Positions 59,727 to 64,000 of a stretch of 64,000 bases of DNA are shown in pieces. The DNA comes from Candidatus Dormibacteria bacterium (GTDB lineage: Bacteria; Chloroflexota; Dormibacteria; Aeolococcales; Aeolococcaceae), in the NCBI GenBank assembly GCA_051002895.1, contig JBPCLW010000042.1:120927-184926 (forward strand), in the 5' to 3' direction. The notes beneath the pieces are model-generated. The model did not search any database, was not told where the DNA came from, and saw only the letters and a list, made by a program, of their open reading frames with translations. Both the position numbers and the translations under genes were made by a program. How positions within the stretch are numbered: the stretch's first letter is position 1; each line of letters begins with the position of its first letter.

Positions 59727-60998
59727 TCACCCCACCGACCCCCGCCCCGGGCGCAGGCCTTCGAGGGTCCGCCGCAGCCGCTCCTGAGCGACGGGCAGCG
59801 CGTCGACGACGTCGCCCGCCAAGCCCCCCGCCCGGCCCCGCTGGGACTCGACGATGCACCCCGCCTCGGCATGGATGGTCACCGCGGCGACCGCGGCGTC
59901 GAAGACATCGAGACCACCAGCGAGCATGGCCCCACAGAGACCGGCGAGGACGTCACCGGTGCCGCCCGTTGCCAGGGCGACGGTGCGATGACCGTCAACA
60001 TGTGTGCGGCCGTCGGGGGCGGCAACGACCGTCCCCGCGCCCTTGAGGACGACCACGACGCCGCACTGCGTGGCGTACCGGGAAGCGACGCCATCGCGAT
60101 CACCCTGTACTGCGCCGATGTCAGTGCCAACCAGCCGAGCCATCTCCGCGGGATGAGGCGTGATCACCACCGGTCTATTGCAGCGATGCCAATCGAACCC
60201 CTGCGCGGCAGCGATGTTGAGGCCATCAGCGTCCACAACAAGGGGCGCGGTTGTGATGGCAGGGAGCAGGTCGGCGAGCGCCATCTCCGTCCCAGGGTCA
60301 CGCCCCAAGCCGGGCCCGACCACCACCGCGGAGGCGTCGCCAAGCTGCTTGTCGAGGAGGGCGGCAACCGCCCGCCGACCCAGCCCAGTGGTGCCGTTCT
60401 CGTCGACCGGAAGGGCTTGGGCCATCACCTCGAGGCACATGGGGGCGACCGTGGCGTAGATGGCGTCCGGAACGCACAGCCGCACCTTGCCAGCTCCGCC
60501 CCGGGCGGCACCGAGGGCAGCAAGCACAGCCGCTCCGGCGGTTCCCGGCGACCCGGCGATCAGAGTGACTGTTCCGAAGGTGCCCTTATGCCCGTCGGCG
60601 GGACGCTCGGGGAGTCGCAGGCCGGGCGGTGGGGGGAGCGCTGGGGCGCCCCAGAGCCCGTCGTCGGCGGTGGCCGCCACGGCAATGGCGAGCCCGGCAT
60701 CGTGGGTGAGAGTGAGGGCGATATCGGTGTCCATTCCTCCGATACGGATCATGGGAGCGCCGCCGCGACGATTGACGACCTCGATCGAGCGATAGGTCGG
60801 GATGGGCACCCCCCGACTGCCGCAAAGCTTCTTGACCGCTTCCTTGGCCGCCCAGCGGCTGGCAAATCGCTCGATCTTGGCACCACAGCGGCGTCGCTCA
60901 GTCGCGGTAAAGATCTTTTCGGCGAATCGAGGACGGCGTTGCAGGACGCCGGCGATGCGCTGAATCGAGGTGATGTCGACGCCGATCGCAACTGCCAT
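59727..60998 (-). CDS. fusion of holo-ACP synthase (AcpS) with ADP-dependent NAD(P)H-hydrate dehydratase (YjeF C-terminal domain)
   Basis: N-terminal ~120 aa (VAIGVDITSIQRI...WAAKEAVKKL...IRIGGMDTDIALTLTHDAGLAIAVA) is 4'-phosphopantetheinyl transferase. After a Pro-rich linker, HKGTFGTVTLIAGS...GGTGDVLAG is the YjeF_C carbohydrate-kinase-like domain. Confidence 0.8.
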   Translation of the reverse strand: MAVAIGVDITSIQRIAGVLQRRPRFAEKIFTATERRRCGAKIERFASRWAAKEAVKKLCGSRGVPIPTYRSIEVVNRRGGAPMIRIGGMDTDIALTLTHDAGLAIAVAATADDGLWGAPALPPPPGLRLPERPADGHKGTFGTVTLIAGSPGTAGAAVLAALGAARGGAGKVRLCVPDAIYATVAPMCLEVMAQALPVDENGTTGLGRRAVAALLDKQLGDASAVVVGPGLGRDPGTEMALADLLPAITTAPLVVDADGLNIAAAQGFDWHRCNRPVVITPHPAEMARLVGTDIGAVQGDRDGVASRYATQCGVVVVLKGAGTVVAAPDGRTHVDGHRTVALATGGTGDVLAGLCGAMLAGGLDVFDAAVAAVTIHAEAGCIVESQRGRAGGLAGDVVDALPVAQERLRRTLEGLRPGRGSVG

Positions 60999-61007
60999 CG
61001 CCCGAGG

Positions 61008-62849
61008 CTACTCGACGGTGACCGACTTGGCCAGATTGCGTGGCTGGTCCACATTGCAACCCCGATCCACGGCAACGTGATAGGCGAAGAGCTGCAGGGG
61101 AATGATGTTCACCAGCGGTGAAACAAGCTCGTCGCACGCGGGAACGGCGATGAGGTCGCGCGCCAGCGTGCCGTCCATCTGAGTGTCACCGCTGGTCACC
61201 ACCGCAATCACCGGCGCCTCACGAGAGCAGACCTCCTGAATGTTGCTGACCATCTTCGGCAGAGTCTGCGCTGCGGTGGCGATGGCCACTACGGGGAGCT
61301 CAGGATCGAGAAGCGCAATCGGTCCATGCTTGAGTTCGCCGGCAGCGTATCCCTCGGCGTGGACGTAGCTGATCTCCTTCATTTTCAACGCGCCCTCCAG
61401 CGCGGTGGCGACGTTGACGCCGCGGCCGACGTAGATGGCATTGTGCATGTGCGAGTAACGCTGGCCCATCTCGGCAAGCTGTGGCTGCAACTCGAGACAG
61501 CGCTCGATATGCTCCGGCACCGCAGCGAGTTCGGTGCCGATACGCTCATGCTCATCGTGGTCCAGGGTGCCACGCGCCTCCGCGAATCGCAGCGCGATCA
61601 GCAAACCGCAGGCAAGCTGATTGAGCAGGGTCTTGGTAGCGGCGACTCCGATCTCTGGCCCTGACTGCATGTACACCACCGCGTCGGCCTCCATCGCCAG
61701 AGCGCTCCCGACCACGTTGGTGACGGCAAGGATCGTGGCACCGCGGCGTTTCGCTTCGCGGATGGCGGCAATGGTGTCAGCAGTCTCGCCGGACTGGGAG
61801 AAGGCGATGATGAGGCTGGACTCGTCGACGATGGGATCCCGGTAGCGGAACTCGCTGGCGAGCTCGACATCGCAGCGCAGCCTGGCCAGCTGCTCGATGG
61901 CATGTTTCGTATAGGTTCCGGCGATCCAGGCGGAGCCGCAGGCCACGATACTCACCGTCCGCAGCTGAGCGAGGTCCTCGTCGTCGAGAGCGAGATCGGG
62001 AAGGTGCACGTGGCCGTTGCCACCGATGCGGCCGCGCAGACAGCTGCGTAGGGCCTCCGGCTGCTCGTGAATCTCTTTGAGCATGAAGTGCGGAAAGCCC
62101 CCCTTCTGGGCCTGCTCCGCCTCCCAGTCGACGGTGATGATCCGCGGCTCGACGACACTGCCATCCAGAGCCGTGACCACGGTCTCGGCGGGCGAGGCCT
62201 GGACGATCTCACCTTCACCGATGAGCAGGACCCGCTTCGTATACGGGATCAGTGCGGTGATGTCACTGCTGATGAACACCTCACCCTCCCCGAGCCCGAC
62301 CACCAGCGGGGCATTGAGCCGGGCGCCGATGATGGTCTCCGGCTCGTCGGCGGAGATGATCACCAGCGCATACGCGCCGTGAACGCGGCGCAGCGCCATG
62401 CGGGTGGCGGCAGCAAGGTCGCCGTCATACAGTTCCTCGATGAGGTGAACCACCACCTCAGTGTCGGTCTCGCTCTGCAAGGTGTGGCCGCGGCTGGTCA
62501 GTTCAGCCCGCAACTCACGATAATTCTCGATGATGCCGTTGTGGATCAGCTGGATGCGGCCGGTGCAATCCTGATGCGGATGAGCGTTGACGACGGTCGG
62601 GCGGCCGTGCGTGGCCCAGCGTGTGTGGCCGATACCGAGGTGTCCCCTCGGCATCCCGTCAGTCTCGAAGCGATGCGCCAGATCGTCGACCTTACGATCG
62701 CTCTTGACGATGGAGTGGCGCCCCCCATTGTCACCATCGAGAACTGCGACCCCTGCAGAGTCGTAGCCGCGGTACTCGAGGCGGCGCAGAGAATCGAGAA
62801 GAACGGGAGCCGCGGGCCTGGATCCAGCGTAGCCGATAATTCCGCACAT
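61008..62849 (-). CDS. glmS: glutamine--fructose-6-phosphate aminotransferase (isomerising)
   Basis: MCGIIGY Ntn-glutaminase N-terminus, two SIS domains, 613 aa. Confidence 0.95.
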   Translation of the reverse strand: MCGIIGYAGSRPAAPVLLDSLRRLEYRGYDSAGVAVLDGDNGGRHSIVKSDRKVDDLAHRFETDGMPRGHLGIGHTRWATHGRPTVVNAHPHQDCTGRIQLIHNGIIENYRELRAELTSRGHTLQSETDTEVVVHLIEELYDGDLAAATRMALRRVHGAYALVIISADEPETIIGARLNAPLVVGLGEGEVFISSDITALIPYTKRVLLIGEGEIVQASPAETVVTALDGSVVEPRIITVDWEAEQAQKGGFPHFMLKEIHEQPEALRSCLRGRIGGNGHVHLPDLALDDEDLAQLRTVSIVACGSAWIAGTYTKHAIEQLARLRCDVELASEFRYRDPIVDESSLIIAFSQSGETADTIAAIREAKRRGATILAVTNVVGSALAMEADAVVYMQSGPEIGVAATKTLLNQLACGLLIALRFAEARGTLDHDEHERIGTELAAVPEHIERCLELQPQLAEMGQRYSHMHNAIYVGRGVNVATALEGALKMKEISYVHAEGYAAGELKHGPIALLDPELPVVAIATAAQTLPKMVSNIQEVCSREAPVIAVVTSGDTQMDGTLARDLIAVPACDELVSPLVNIIPLQLFAYHVAVDRGCNVDQPRNLAKSVTVE

Positions 62850-62855
62850 GGCAGA

Positions 62856-62885
62856 AGTAACGATACTGGGCCCGGCAGGTTACTT
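62856..62885. promoter_or_regulatory. 7-bp inverted repeat (AAGTAAC-N16-GTTACTT) in the divergent glmS/bcp promoter region
   Basis: Perfect palindrome arms at 62856-62862 and 62879-62885; candidate operator. Confidence 0.3.
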
Positions 62886-62922
62886 GGCCGCCACGCCACC
62901 CTCGCCCCCCCCGGAGGAAAAC

Positions 62923-63390
62923 ATGCTCGGCATCGACGACCACGCCCCCGACTTCGAGGCTCGTCACCAGGACGGCCGCAGCGTTCGCCTCTCCGAACTT
63001 CGCGGCCACCATGTTCTCGTGTACTTCTACCCCAAGGATCAGACGCGTGGCTGCACCGCCGAGGCATGTGGCCTGCGCGATTCCCTCGACGACCTCACGG
63101 CCTGCGGGGCGGATGTCCTCGGGGTGAGCACTGACAGTTGGGAGGCGCATAGCCGCTTCCAGGCCCGCCACGACCTCACCTTCGCCCTGGCATCGGACCC
63201 CAAGCGCACCATCGCCGCCGCGTACGGCGTCGGTCGGATGCTGGGGATCCTACCGGTGCTCACCCGTACCTCCTTCCTCGTCGGGCCCGACGGCGACATC
63301 GTCGAGGTATGGCCGTCGGTGAATGCGGAACGCCACCCCTCCGAGGTATTGCAGGCGGTGCGCCGCCGCACCGCGGCTACGGCGGGGTAG
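62923..63390 (+). CDS. bcp: peroxiredoxin (Bcp / thiol peroxidase type)
   Basis: HVLVYFYPKDQTRGCTAEACGLRD peroxidatic Cys motif; GGAGGAAAAC RBS; trimmed to MLGIDD. Confidence 0.85.
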   Translation: MLGIDDHAPDFEARHQDGRSVRLSELRGHHVLVYFYPKDQTRGCTAEACGLRDSLDDLTACGADVLGVSTDSWEAHSRFQARHDLTFALASDPKRTIAAAYGVGRMLGILPVLTRTSFLVGPDGDIVEVWPSVNAERHPSEVLQAVRRRTAATAG

Positions 63391-64000
63391 GCGAAGGCGA
63401 AGGCGAGGACGAGGGCGGCGACGGCGTTGCGGTCTGGGTGGGCGTCGGTGCCGGAGTGGGCAACGCCGTCACCGTCACCCGCACAGTGATGCGCTCGAAA
63501 CTGACCGTCACCCCGTCCTGGGGCTTCTTGACAGTCACGGTGAAGGTGCGGTCCGCGGTTAGGCCGCCAACGTTGACGGGATCCGTGCTCACCATGTCGT
63601 CAGCATTCAGGATGTCCTGCGGTCCGGTCAGGGTGACCGTGGCGGGCTCCACACGTATCCCCCCCAGTTGGTATCCCGGGGCAACGACCCCGCGTATCGG
63701 TGGCACCACCGCGCTCACCCGCGCCGTCGTGTTGGCAACAATAGTGATGAGAACACCCACCGTCGGTGGCTCTGCGTGGACGTCCTGCACGCGACGGCCC
63801 TGGGCGTCAGCGAGAAAGACTATCTCCCCTCCTCGTTCGTAGTTTGCCTTCTGGTTGGAAAGATTCACCATGACCATCGCCTTGATACCGGTCAGCTCGC
63901 TGTGGGGCCCGGTCACCGTGACCTTGGCGGGGTCGGCGACCTCCGTGCCTATGGCGTAACCGGCGGGGGGGCCTGGTGCGGGGACAACCTGAACCGCCAG
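63377..64000 (-). CDS. YbbR-repeat (CdaR-like) protein with Pro/Thr/Ser-rich tail (3' end in window; 5' part runs off the window end)
   Basis: Two YbbR-like repeats (YAIGTEVADPAKVTVTGPHSELTGIKA... and YQLGGIRVEPATVTLTGPQDILNADDMVSTDPVNVGGL); the frame is open to position 64000. Confidence 0.5.
   Translation of the reverse strand: MAVQVVPAPGPPAGYAIGTEVADPAKVTVTGPHSELTGIKAMVMVNLSNQKANYERGGEIVFLADAQGRRVQDVHAEPPTVGVLITIVANTTARVSAVVPPIRGVVAPGYQLGGIRVEPATVTLTGPQDILNADDMVSTDPVNVGGLTADRTFTVTVKKPQDGVTVSFERITVRVTVTALPTPAPTPTQTATPSPPSSSPSPSPTPP

Noticed and set aside
62849-62923. Possible glmS ribozyme upstream of glmS.
   Set aside because: The intergenic space is only 73 nt, against about 170 nt for the ribozyme. 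No conserved P1/P2 core was seen.

Overview
This is a 64 kb window of high-GC (~70%) DNA that looks like an actinobacterial chromosomal core region. Genes are densely packed, mostly on the minus strand, with strong GC3 bias, so many long antisense shadow ORFs in the six-frame track are artefacts. Recognisable housekeeping genes include rlmN (5' end runs off the window start, so it is absent from the ORF track), folE, chdC/hemQ, hbd, upp, uppP, a gap-pgk-tpiA-gpmI glycolytic operon, whiA, rapZ, uvrC, ligA, pcrA, groEL, groES, ideR, tsaD, rimI, tsaB, tsaE, thiL, alr and glmS. There are three minus-strand tRNAs: Gly-TCC, Pro-TGG and Leu-CAG. Features that stand out: (1) a 245-aa intein inserted in helicase motif III of pcrA; (2) a Gln-amidotransferase (AsnB-type) fused to a CofE-like (F420-0:gamma-glutamyl ligase family) domain, next to a nitrilase-superfamily C-N hydrolase; (3) a 4.8 kb island of two GT-C-type membrane glycosyltransferases and a long-form UDP-galactopyranose-mutase-family flavoenzyme that splits the normally contiguous rimI-tsaD pair; (4) a tri-functional chorismate mutase / prephenate dehydratase-ACT / type I-beta DAHP synthase fusion; (5) an AcpS / NAD(P)HX-dehydratase fusion; (6) a phospholipase-D-family lipoprotein with a frameshift in its second HKD motif; (7) tandem CIRCE operators upstream of groES; (8) rapZ directly coupled to whiA with no yvcK between them. 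A 58-aa CsbD-family gene (below the ORF-track size cutoff) and several ATGA translational couplings were found by reading the sequence directly. All functional calls rest on recognising conserved motifs by eye; no database search was possible.
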